Source of the DNA: a virus | Virus record (IMG/VR): IMGVR_UViG_3300006217_000126 | Strand: one strand, 5' to 3' | Length of the DNA: 43,401 bases | Shown here: positions 33,174 to 41,188 of the stretch, piece by piece | Numbering within the stretch: the first letter of the stretch is position 1 | Layout of the letters: each line of letters opens with the position of its first letter | Made by a program: the position numbers and the translations under genes | The notes under the pieces: model-generated | What the model was told of the DNA's origin: nothing | Seen by the model: the letters and a program-made list of their open reading frames with translations, nothing else | The model's database searches: none

Positions 33174-33911
33174 ATGGGATATTTTAAAACATCTGTAAAA
33201 GCAGGGGCCACGATTGAGGTTACAAAAAGTTATACAAAAAGGATCGGTGTGAAAGTAAGGGGAAAGAAACGGAAGCCCACTGCAGAGGAGATTGAGAAGG
33301 TCAATCAAATGAATGCAGAGCGCACATTAAGATTGAAAATCAATGCAAATTTTGGAGTTGATGATCTTTATATTACTCTGACATATAGAAAGGACGAAAA
33401 ACCAAAACCGGCGCAGGCAAAGAAAGACATCAAAAAGCTGATTGATGGGTTAAGAAAAAGGTTTAAACAGTTAGGGAAGGATTTGAAATGGGTATGTGTG
33501 ACAGAATACTTAAACAAAGCAATCCACCACCATCTGGTGATTAACCATATAAAAAATGTTGATGTTGCAAAGATGGTCAGGACCCTTTGGAAATTTGGAA
33601 GGCCGTATTTTCAGTTTTTTGATGATACCGGGCAATACAAGAAGCTGGCAGCGTATCTGATAAAAGAAACATCAAAGACCTATAAGGCGAAGGACGGAGA
33701 GAAAAAGCAAAGGTATAGTTGCAGCCGTAATCTAATCATGCCAGCACCAAAAACCGAGATCGTTAAAAAGGCCAAAAAGTGGCTTCCGGATCCGAAACCA
33801 ATGAAAGGATACTACATTGATAAAGATACCATATATAACGGCGTGGATCCTTTCACTGGAAGGGCATATCAGAAATATACAATGGTACGCATTCCCCATA
33901 GCGGAGGATAA
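33174..33911 (+). CDS. Putative HUH-type rolling-circle replication initiator (Rep)
   Basis: The three RCR motifs appear in order: LYITLTY (motif 1), AIHHHLVIN (motif 2) and LAAYLIKETSK (motif 3, catalytic Tyr). Confidence 0.55.
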   Translation: MGYFKTSVKAGATIEVTKSYTKRIGVKVRGKKRKPTAEEIEKVNQMNAERTLRLKINANFGVDDLYITLTYRKDEKPKPAQAKKDIKKLIDGLRKRFKQLGKDLKWVCVTEYLNKAIHHHLVINHIKNVDVAKMVRTLWKFGRPYFQFFDDTGQYKKLAAYLIKETSKTYKAKDGEKKQRYSCSRNLIMPAPKTEIVKKAKKWLPDPKPMKGYYIDKDTIYNGVDPFTGRAYQKYTMVRIPHSGG

Positions 33912-33949
33912 ATTGTGGATATTGTGGATAATGTGGATAACCTGGATAA
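33903..33949 (+). repeat. Tandem DnaA-box-like 9-mer array (candidate origin iterons)
   Basis: GGAGGATAA, a 2-nt gap, then contiguous TGTGGATAT, TGTGGATAA, TGTGGATAA and CCTGGATAA (33914-33949). TGTGGATAA is the reverse complement of TTATCCACA. Confidence 0.65.
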
Positions 33950-34008
33950 AGGAGCCGTCCCGCCTAATATTTATTGGGTGAAAGGCTGATTGGAGGAAGG
34001 AGGGTAAG

Positions 34009-34431
34009 TTGGAAGTAGGAATATATATAAAAAGCTGTTTTAGAGGAAATCCAAGAGGGGCAGGAGAGGCAGCAGCAATTATTGAGTATATAGATGGATC
34101 TGGCAAGAGCCATATCAGAACCAAACAATTTCAGATCGAAAATGACACGAGAAATGCCTTGTACTTGAAAACCAGCATAGCAGCTATGCGGATATTGTTA
34201 AAACCATGTTATGTCACAATTTATGTGGATTGTGATTATATGGCAAATACATATAGATTAGGATGGTTAAACAAATGGCATGATGATGGCTGGAGAAAGG
34301 CTAACAGAGAACCACCGGCTAATGTGGAAGATTGGAAACAGTTCTTTATGCTGACACAGATCCACACCATAGTATTTGCAGAGTATGACAACAGACATGA
34401 TGAAGAATTAGAAAGAAATTTAAGGAGGTAA
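34009..34431 (+). CDS. RNase H-like protein with apparently degenerate catalytic residues
   Basis: RNase HI-like segments SCFRGNPRGAGEAAAII, TRNALYLKTSIAAMRIL and VTIYVDCDY..GWLNKWHDDGWRKA. TTG start follows GGAGGAAGGAGGG. Confidence 0.5.
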   Translation: MEVGIYIKSCFRGNPRGAGEAAAIIEYIDGSGKSHIRTKQFQIENDTRNALYLKTSIAAMRILLKPCYVTIYVDCDYMANTYRLGWLNKWHDDGWRKANREPPANVEDWKQFFMLTQIHTIVFAEYDNRHDEELERNLRR

Positions 34432-34438
34432 GGAAATA

Positions 34439-34924
34439 ATGGATAAGGTACACTTTAGCACCGGTAAAGATGATTGGGGAACACCGCAGGATCTTTTCGA
34501 TGCACTCAACAAAGAATTTGGTTTTACATTGGATCCATGCGCCGATGATAACAACCACAAATGCGCCAAGTATTACACAGTGGAGCAGGACGGTTTGGCG
34601 CAATCATGGGCGGGCGAAACGGTATTTTGTAACCCGCCGTATAGCCGGAAAACAAAATCAAATTCCGGTCAAATTGCATGGGTGGAAAAGTGCTATAAAG
34701 AGGCGCAGGGGGGGATCATCGTGGTTATGCTGATACCCGCCCGCACAGATACAATAATGTTTCACGATTTCATTTTAGGCAAAGCAGAAATACGGTTTAT
34801 CAGAGGGCGGCTTAATTTTGAGGTAGACGGAGAGAAAAGCAAGGATCCGGCACCATTCCCAAGTATGATCGTAGTATTCAGAGGCGGGCAGCCAACAAAT
34901 GAAGTAAAGAGCATAACGGCATAG
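34439..34924 (+). CDS. Phage-type DNA N6-adenine methyltransferase
   Basis: Contains DDWGTPQDLFDALNKEFGFTLDPCA, CNPPYS, and PARTDT..FHD. Confidence 0.8.
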   Translation: MDKVHFSTGKDDWGTPQDLFDALNKEFGFTLDPCADDNNHKCAKYYTVEQDGLAQSWAGETVFCNPPYSRKTKSNSGQIAWVEKCYKEAQGGIIVVMLIPARTDTIMFHDFILGKAEIRFIRGRLNFEVDGEKSKDPAPFPSMIVVFRGGQPTNEVKSITA

Positions 34925-34937
34925 CAAAGGAGTTTAT

Positions 34938-35051
34938 ATGGTGGAACTTTTGACACGCGAAATAGCCTATACATACAGAGATAGAGCGAAAGCTCTGCCG
35001 TATAACGGTATACAGGACATAGGCAGGCAGTATGACAGGAGGCAATATTGA
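34938..35051 (+). CDS. Possible small ORF (37 aa)
   Basis: MVELLTREIAYTYRDRAKALPYNG..., after AAAGGAG. Support is weak. Confidence 0.3.
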   Translation: MVELLTREIAYTYRDRAKALPYNGIQDIGRQYDRRQY

Positions 35052-35234
35052 AAATCAAGAAACTTTACATTATCAGACCGGAAATAGAAATAGAGTACAT
35101 CAAACACCCATTATTAGGGCGGTTATATATCCTATTCAACTATTGGCGATTTATAAAAATCGGTTTTTATTGGGTATATGTATACAAGGTTTATTATATT
35201 ACATTTCCGAGGATATACAGAAAGGCGGCAGATT

Positions 35235-35531
35235 ATGGAAAAAACAAAAAGCATTGTAACAGAGCATGAAGGAATGTGTTTCTTTTGTGGCAGACCGGCA
35301 GAGTGCGAACATCATTTATTATTTGGCAACGGCATTAGAGAACTGGCAGAGCAGGACGGTTTGAAAGTACCCGCCTGCAATAACTGTCATAACATGGGAA
35401 GGACAATCGAGCGCGTACATGATAACCCTATGGCTGAAAAGTTATCAAAGATTTTAGGGCAGGCAATGTACGAGGCAAAGATCGGCAGCAGGGAGGAATT
35501 TCGGGCGCGTTATGGCAAGTCTTATTTGTAG
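35235..35531 (+). CDS. Small HNH-type zinc-binding nuclease-like protein
   Basis: Contains CFFCGRPAECEHHLLFGNG...VPACNNCHN. ATG at 35235 follows AAAGGCGG. Confidence 0.55.
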   Translation: MEKTKSIVTEHEGMCFFCGRPAECEHHLLFGNGIRELAEQDGLKVPACNNCHNMGRTIERVHDNPMAEKLSKILGQAMYEAKIGSREEFRARYGKSYL

Positions 35532-35541
35532 GGGGCGTTAT

Positions 35542-35841
35542 ATGGCTATGACAGAGATCATAAAGCAGCTTGAAAAAGAGATTTTGCAGCAGCGGACGGA
35601 CGAACAGAAGTTAAAAAATGAGATTGCGGCGGTAACTACTTTAGAATTTGCAGAGCGGGCAGCAGGCGCACTGGATCCAAAGAAACATTTATACAGTTTT
35701 GAAGGCTATCTGTCATTGCTGCAAATGCTGAAAACGGTATTATATGCGGGTATGCCGCCCAATGATGCGTTAGACGCGGTACAAACCGGTTGGAGCGCAG
35801 AAAAGATTTTAGAAATATGGAGGTATTCACAGTATGAATAA
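35542..35841 (+). CDS. Hypothetical protein
   Basis: ATG at 35542 follows TAGGGGG. 99 aa. Confidence 0.5.
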   Translation: MAMTEIIKQLEKEILQQRTDEQKLKNEIAAVTTLEFAERAAGALDPKKHLYSFEGYLSLLQMLKTVLYAGMPPNDALDAVQTGWSAEKILEIWRYSQYE

Positions 35842-36229
35842 ATGTCATTTCATGGGGCGGTTGGTACGCGATCCCGAAATTCGTTACACGCAAGGCGATC
35901 AGCCGGTGCCGGTAGCGCATTACACTTTAGCGATTGATCGCAGGATAAAGAGGCAGGGCGAGCCTTCGGCAGATTTCTTAGATTTTGTCGCATACGGAAA
36001 AGCGGCAGAGTTTACGGAAAAGTATTTAAAGAAAGGTATCAAAGTTGTGGTAACGGCGCGTTGCCAACGCCGCAGCTATGAAAAGGACGGTAAGAAAATC
36101 TATGTAATTGAATTTATCATAGAGGATCAAGAGTTTGCGGAAAGCAAGCGGGCAGCAGAGGGCGAACCGGCAGGCAATGATTTTATGCAGATACCGGACG
36201 GAGAGCAGGGCGAATTGCCATTTAATTAA
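35834..36229 (+). CDS. ssb: Single-stranded DNA-binding protein
   Basis: OB-fold N-terminus (MNKCHFMGRLVRDPEIRYT) and an acidic C-terminal tail (DGEQGELPF). Confidence 0.9.
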   Translation: MNKCHFMGRLVRDPEIRYTQGDQPVPVAHYTLAIDRRIKRQGEPSADFLDFVAYGKAAEFTEKYLKKGIKVVVTARCQRRSYEKDGKKIYVIEFIIEDQEFAESKRAAEGEPAGNDFMQIPDGEQGELPFN

Positions 36230-36249
36230 ATTTCAAGGAGGATTAGCAA

Positions 36250-37032
36250 ATGCAAACAATTTCAATCATCAGCTTAAAAGGCGGCGTAGCAAAGACCACA
36301 ACGGCGGTAAACATGGCGTACATACTGGCAGCAGTACACAAGAAGAAAGTGCTTGTTATCGACAATGACAAGCAGGGTAACGCCTCTAAAGCGTTTGACC
36401 GGTACGACACCGAGGACAAGAACACCATAGCGCGGGCAATGTTGGAAAGAATTTTTGATGTTTCTGATATTATCAAGAAAACAAATTATGAGGGTATCGA
36501 CATTATAACCGCAAACATGGATCTACTGGAGGCGAACCTTAGAACCGTAGTAGATACCGGCAGACAGCAGCAGACCAGATTTAAAAAGGCACTGGCAGCA
36601 GTAAGCAGCAATTATGATTTCTGCATCATTGACAACGCGCCGGATATTAACATGAGCATCATTAACGCGCTTGTAATGACAAATGATGTGATTATACCGA
36701 TCTTTATGGACCGGTATTCATTTGACGGTTTAAACATTCTGCTAGAGCAGATCGGACAAGCGCAGGAAGATTTCAACGAAACACTGAATTTTGCCGGTTG
36801 CCTTGTGACGCAGTACCAAAACAACGATGTGAATAATTTGAACATTCAAAAGCTGCAGGCGCGTGGGCTGCCGATGTATACACAGAAGATCCGCAGAACG
36901 GAAAAGAAAGTAAGCGAAAGCACGTTTGCAAAAATGCCGCTTGTGGAATATTCGGTAAGATGCGGCGCAGCGCAGGACTATAAAAAGTTTGTCTTAGAGT
37001 ATTTGGGAGGTGCGGATCATGCAGATGATTAA
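36250..37032 (+). CDS. parA: ParA-family partition ATPase
   Basis: Deviant Walker A motif SLKGGVAKTTTAVN, and IIDNAPD. Confidence 0.85.
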   Translation: MQTISIISLKGGVAKTTTAVNMAYILAAVHKKKVLVIDNDKQGNASKAFDRYDTEDKNTIARAMLERIFDVSDIIKKTNYEGIDIITANMDLLEANLRTVVDTGRQQQTRFKKALAAVSSNYDFCIIDNAPDINMSIINALVMTNDVIIPIFMDRYSFDGLNILLEQIGQAQEDFNETLNFAGCLVTQYQNNDVNNLNIQKLQARGLPMYTQKIRRTEKKVSESTFAKMPLVEYSVRCGAAQDYKKFVLEYLGGADHADD

Positions 37033-37228
37033 ATTTAAAGCCAAATGCCCTTATGAGATAGGTGATCGGGTGCGGTTTGAAAAGGGCGGCGAAATGCAGA
37101 TTATGGAAATTACCGACATTCTGACACAGATTAGCGCAAAGACCGGACATATTAAATTTGTTTTGGAGTTGGACGGTTGGTATAAATTAGATATGGATTT
37201 ACACGAGGTAGATATGCCGCGCTCCTAG
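37019..37228 (+). CDS. Hypothetical small protein between parA and parB
   Basis: ATG at 37019 follows GGGAGGTG. 69 aa. Confidence 0.5.
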   Translation: MQMIKFKAKCPYEIGDRVRFEKGGEMQIMEITDILTQISAKTGHIKFVLELDGWYKLDMDLHEVDMPRS

Positions 37229-37275
37229 TAAATACTGGATGAGTACCCAAGTAAGGTACAAAGAGAGGGGATAAC

Positions 37276-38730
37276 ATGGGCTTTAATATCAATGACTTTT
37301 TGAATGCGGAAAGCAAGAAAAACCTAAAAAGTGATTGGAAACCGGTTAAGGTAAGCGTAAGAAAGTTAAGACCGGCGCCGGATAAAACAAATTTCTATCA
37401 TGCAGAGGACAAGGAGATAAAAGATCTTGCGGAAAGTATAGAGTTGATCGGGTTACAGCAGTACCCCGTAATCAGACCGGTAAAGGATACAGATGAATAC
37501 GAGGTTATAGCCGGACACAAACGGCGGCTTGCGATCCTCCAATTACTGGACGAAGGCAAAGCTGAATATGAAATGATTCCCTGCAAGGTGGAAACGCCGG
37601 ACGATATAAGAAACGAATTGATTTTGATCTTCACAAATTCGACACAGCGGGAAAGAACGGATTATGAGAAGATGCGGGAAATTGAGCGGGTGCGGGAACT
37701 TTTAAAGGAGTACCAGAAAACGTATAAATTGACTGGACGGAAACAAAGCATTATTGCCGAAATTTTAGGAACCAACAAAACTAAAGTAGGAACGCTTGAC
37801 AACATCAATAATAATCTGATCGCGCCGTTTAAGGAAGAATTTGCAGCGGGGAAAATCAGTACAAGCGCAGCAAATGAGATCGCTGGTTTAAAGCCGGATG
37901 CGCAGCAGGCATTATATGAAACATACAAGGCAACCAGATCTCTGAACGCAAAGGACGCAAAAGCCCTTAAAGAAGCATTTCCCGATGATTTACCGGAAGA
38001 ACTGAAAACAGAGGCAAGACAGTACGCGGCAGGAAGCGGCATCAGCTTAAAAGATGCAGGAGGCGTTATATCAGAATGCCACAAGAGGGAGCAGAAAATG
38101 CAGCAGGAACTGCCGAAAGAGGCAGAGACGATAGAAAACACGCCTGATCCGGAAAAAGGGCAGGAAGCGGCGCAGAACGAGCCGGAAACCAAAGTAACCT
38201 ATAACGCACCTGCACCGGATAATACAGACCGAAAAAGCCTTATCATTAACGGCAAAATCAATATGCACAAGGAATATAACGGCATGGCGGTTAAGTATTT
38301 CATGGGCGCGGTGATCGGTTCGGATTTTTTCGGCGTGGAGTTTTGGCAGGGATGGAAAAAATGCGATAGCGGAAATAGGGTAAACCAGCGAGTTTTATAT
38401 CTTATGAATTACGCCGGAATTGCAGCCACATACACCGTACAGACCGATACAACCGAGAAATGCACAGCAGTATTGATTGATAGGGGGTTAAATGTGATAC
38501 GGGAGGCAGCAGGACAGAGGGCAATTATCAGCTATGAAGAACTGGCAGAACTGATCGACATTATGATCTATACGAAGGTAATTGAGATTAAAACCATTGA
38601 AAGCGATATGAAATATTGGGCGGCGTGTACTGTTAAGGAGTTGGTATCAGTAAGTAATTATTTAACCGAAAATGAAATTTATATGTTGCAGGATCTTATG
38701 ATGCGCTGCAAAGAGAGGGCAGTAAAATAA
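37276..38730 (+). CDS. parB: ParB-like protein (ParB/Srx N-terminal domain) with a long uncharacterised C-terminal half
   Basis: Contains VSVRKLRPAP..., LAESIELIGLQQYPVIRP and YEVIAGHKRRLA. Confidence 0.75.
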   Translation: MGFNINDFLNAESKKNLKSDWKPVKVSVRKLRPAPDKTNFYHAEDKEIKDLAESIELIGLQQYPVIRPVKDTDEYEVIAGHKRRLAILQLLDEGKAEYEMIPCKVETPDDIRNELILIFTNSTQRERTDYEKMREIERVRELLKEYQKTYKLTGRKQSIIAEILGTNKTKVGTLDNINNNLIAPFKEEFAAGKISTSAANEIAGLKPDAQQALYETYKATRSLNAKDAKALKEAFPDDLPEELKTEARQYAAGSGISLKDAGGVISECHKREQKMQQELPKEAETIENTPDPEKGQEAAQNEPETKVTYNAPAPDNTDRKSLIINGKINMHKEYNGMAVKYFMGAVIGSDFFGVEFWQGWKKCDSGNRVNQRVLYLMNYAGIAATYTVQTDTTEKCTAVLIDRGLNVIREAAGQRAIISYEELAELIDIMIYTKVIEIKTIESDMKYWAACTVKELVSVSNYLTENEIYMLQDLMMRCKERAVK

Positions 38731-38836
38731 GTATATGGCATAGAGGGGCGGCCGGCTTTATCACAACCGGCACCAAAAACAAGAAGAATTTTGTAGAGAA
38801 TAAAAGAGTATTTCAAAGGGAGGCGACATATACAGG

Positions 38837-39664
38837 ATGAATCAAAAGGGAAGAAAGAGGATGGGAGCAATTATAAAGTATCCCGGAAGTAAGTGGAGCC
38901 TTGCGCAATGGATTATCAGCTTGTTTCCAGAGCATCACAGTTATCTGGAGCCATTCTTTGGCAGCGGCGCTGTATTGTTTAATAAGCCCCGTTCCCATAT
39001 CGAGACTATAAATGATTTGGATGGCAATGTGATAAATTTGTTTGAATGGATTAAAAGGGATCCGGAGCAGTTAGCATATAATCTCTATTGTACGCCATAT
39101 GCAAGGCAGGTGTATGATGATGCTTTTAACCGTTTTCCTGAGAATGGTTTAGAAAAGGCTGTGAATTTCTACATACGCATGAATATGGGACACGGGACCA
39201 GGACTACCGGAGAAAAAAGTGGTTGGAAGAATGATGTACAAGGAAGGGAGAGGGCATATGCGGCAAAAGACTGGTGCCGTTTACCTGAGAAGATATTCCA
39301 GGCGGCAGAACGGCTGCGGGGAGTGCAAATTGAGAGTATGCCAGCAGTGCAGCTAATAAAGAGATTTAACTATCCCAAAGTGCTGATTTATGCAGACCCA
39401 CCCTATATTCTTGGTACCAGGCATGGAAAACAGTATCGCTGCGAGATGAAAGAGGAAGATCATGAGGAATTGCTGGCTGTACTGTTAGAGCATAAAGGAC
39501 CGGTATTGATTTCTGGATATGACAGTGATCTATATCAGAATCGTCTGCAGGGATGGCATCAGGAATCCACGAGGAGCCGTACACATAGCGGAGTAATGAA
39601 AAAGGAAATCGTGTGGATGAATTTTGAGTTAGAAGGGCAGATGAGGATGAGGCTAGAGAAGTAA
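38837..39664 (+). CDS. D12-class (Dam-like) DNA adenine methyltransferase
   Basis: Contains KYPGSKWSLAQWI, YLEPFFGSGAV and IYADPPY. The start may instead be ATG 38861. Confidence 0.85.
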   Translation: MNQKGRKRMGAIIKYPGSKWSLAQWIISLFPEHHSYLEPFFGSGAVLFNKPRSHIETINDLDGNVINLFEWIKRDPEQLAYNLYCTPYARQVYDDAFNRFPENGLEKAVNFYIRMNMGHGTRTTGEKSGWKNDVQGRERAYAAKDWCRLPEKIFQAAERLRGVQIESMPAVQLIKRFNYPKVLIYADPPYILGTRHGKQYRCEMKEEDHEELLAVLLEHKGPVLISGYDSDLYQNRLQGWHQESTRSRTHSGVMKKEIVWMNFELEGQMRMRLEK

Positions 39665-39684
39665 TGAAGGGGTGTTAAGATGTC

Positions 39685-40023
39685 ATGTATCATCAGATGG
39701 AAATATTTGATCTCATAGAGAAGCCTCAAAAAATCGAACAGAAACCACCACAATCACAGTTTGATCAGTTGTTTGAAAAGGTACAGGACCCGGTATGTTT
39801 ATGTGCTAACTGCTTATGTGAGTATTGTGTGAATAATGCGGAGCAATCACGGGATAAAGTTAACTCTGAGGAAATGCAGGAATCATGTTTTAATTGTGAT
39901 GAATGTCGGGTATATGATGGAGATTGCCGGAAAAAAAATCAGCGTAAAGAGGAATGTGTGGATTTTATTATGTCTGATTATGGAGCCAAAAGAAACAGGA
40001 AGAAAATAAAAATTATGATTTAG
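39685..40023 (+). CDS. Hypothetical Cys-rich protein
   Basis: Several CxxC-type motifs (CLCANCLCEYC, CFNCDEC). Confidence 0.5.
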   Translation: MYHQMEIFDLIEKPQKIEQKPPQSQFDQLFEKVQDPVCLCANCLCEYCVNNAEQSRDKVNSEEMQESCFNCDECRVYDGDCRKKNQRKEECVDFIMSDYGAKRNRKKIKIMI

Positions 40024-40045
40024 AAGAAAACGGGGGAGGAGATAT

Positions 40046-40240
40046 ATGATTTATAGGGTGTCTTACAAGAGGAAAACAGCTCCCAAAACAGCGCCGGCAT
40101 CGGAGGTTTTTGTGAAGGCATATTCTGAAGGTGATGCAAAAAGACGGGTGGAAGAAAATCTGGATACAAGAATCTATAAGGTTTTAGATGCTGTTGAATC
40201 ACAGGGCATAGGAAGCATTAAAGGGATTATTAAGATTTGA
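40046..40240 (+). CDS. Hypothetical small protein
   Basis: 64 codons, preceded by the RBS GGGGGAGGAG. Confidence 0.5.
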   Translation: MIYRVSYKRKTAPKTAPASEVFVKAYSEGDAKRRVEENLDTRIYKVLDAVESQGIGSIKGIIKI

Positions 40241-40297
40241 TGGAGAAAAAAATGGTTAATTCAGAAGAAACTAAAAGAGAGAAGGCAAAACGGCTCA

Positions 40298-40598
40298 GAT
40301 ATAGAAAACCAATAGTCAAAGATTTGAACTGCCGCCCTATACCCAGGTAATACAGCCCTATGAGTTTGGGCACCCATACAGTAAGAGGGCTTGCCTTTGG
40401 CTGAAAGGATTGCCGAAACTGAAACCGACCGAAATATTGGAATACCATGAACCCTATGTGAATGGTGGCTGTAAGGATGCACACGGGAATTATAGAAGGT
40501 TCCAGGGAAGAAAAGAAAGAGAAGCCAAGATCAGGGTAAAGACATTTCCTGGAATTGCAAAGGCTATGGCAGAGCAATGGGCAGGAAAAGTCAACTAA
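40298..40598 (+). pseudogene. 5'-truncated, frameshifted remnant of a phage DNA-methyltransferase-like gene
   Basis: Frame B reads ..QVIQPYEFGHPYSKRACLWLKGLPKLKPT....KTFPGIAKAMAEQWAG. A DIEN (ENP-like) motif lies 34 nt upstream in another frame. No N-terminal half is present. Confidence 0.45.
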
Positions 40599-40625
40599 AC
40601 TGAATTTTAACAAAAAGGAGGAAGC

Positions 40626-40826
40626 GTGGCAAGATTATCAAAAGCAAGGAAAAGGAACAGCGGTGAGATTGCAAAATCGAGGCAGGCTCAGTATGACAGC
40701 ATCCTAGAAGCAGCGCCATGCAGAACATGGTCTGCCCGGATGCCGGCATATTGTTTCACGGTATTGTGCCCGGATGCGCGGTATCGTCCGGAGGGAGGGA
40801 AGTACATAAAATGGCAAAAGAAGTAA
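40626..40826 (+). CDS. Hypothetical small protein
   Basis: GTG start follows AAAGGAGGAAG. 66 codons. Confidence 0.4.
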   Translation: MARLSKARKRNSGEIAKSRQAQYDSILEAAPCRTWSARMPAYCFTVLCPDARYRPEGGKYIKWQKK

Positions 40827-41185
40827 AACCTTCAAAGCATTTGGAGGATTTTCTGAATTTCCTTGATCAGTGCGAAAGAGAGTATCAATACGCCTTTGAG
40901 AATATGTCTACAGAGGATAAACGCCTGCAGGATCTCTTGCATGAGCTTGAATTTGCAGCGGATAAGGCAGAGAGAAACCGCGTGGCCACAAGTCTCCAGA
41001 GAAGTCGCAGGGAACGCAGAAAGAGCAAGGATATGGTGAAACTTTATGAACGGATTGTAAAGTTTAAGGAAGATCAAAACAACCGGCGTACAATCAATCT
41101 GCTGCGTCAGCTTCTAGGACAGCAGAGAAAAGAGGAGGAGTACCTGCGAAGCAACCGGACATATAAGAAAAGAGTGGAGGATTGA
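40811..41185 (+). CDS. Hypothetical coiled-coil protein
   Basis: ATG at 40811 follows GGAGGGAGGGAAG. 124 aa. Confidence 0.55.
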   Translation: MAKEVKPSKHLEDFLNFLDQCEREYQYAFENMSTEDKRLQDLLHELEFAADKAERNRVATSLQRSRRERRKSKDMVKLYERIVKFKEDQNNRRTINLLRQLLGQQRKEEEYLRSNRTYKKRVED

Positions 41186-41188
41186 TTT

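Noticed and set aside
33914-33949. CRISPR-like or simple tandem repeat
   Set aside because: The units are 9 bp with no spacers and only four or five copies. That is far too short for CRISPR, and the DnaA-box identity gives a better explanation.
35032-35269. Two overlapping plus-strand ORFs of about 75 aa
   Set aside because: Both lie in an AT-rich intergenic stretch and have Tyr/Ile/Lys-rich low-complexity products. They are mutually exclusive frames with no RBS.
40410-40598. Stand-alone 62-aa CDS with TTG start
   Set aside because: The frame is open and protein-like well upstream of the TTG, from 40305. It looks like part of a truncated methyltransferase-like remnant rather than an independent gene.
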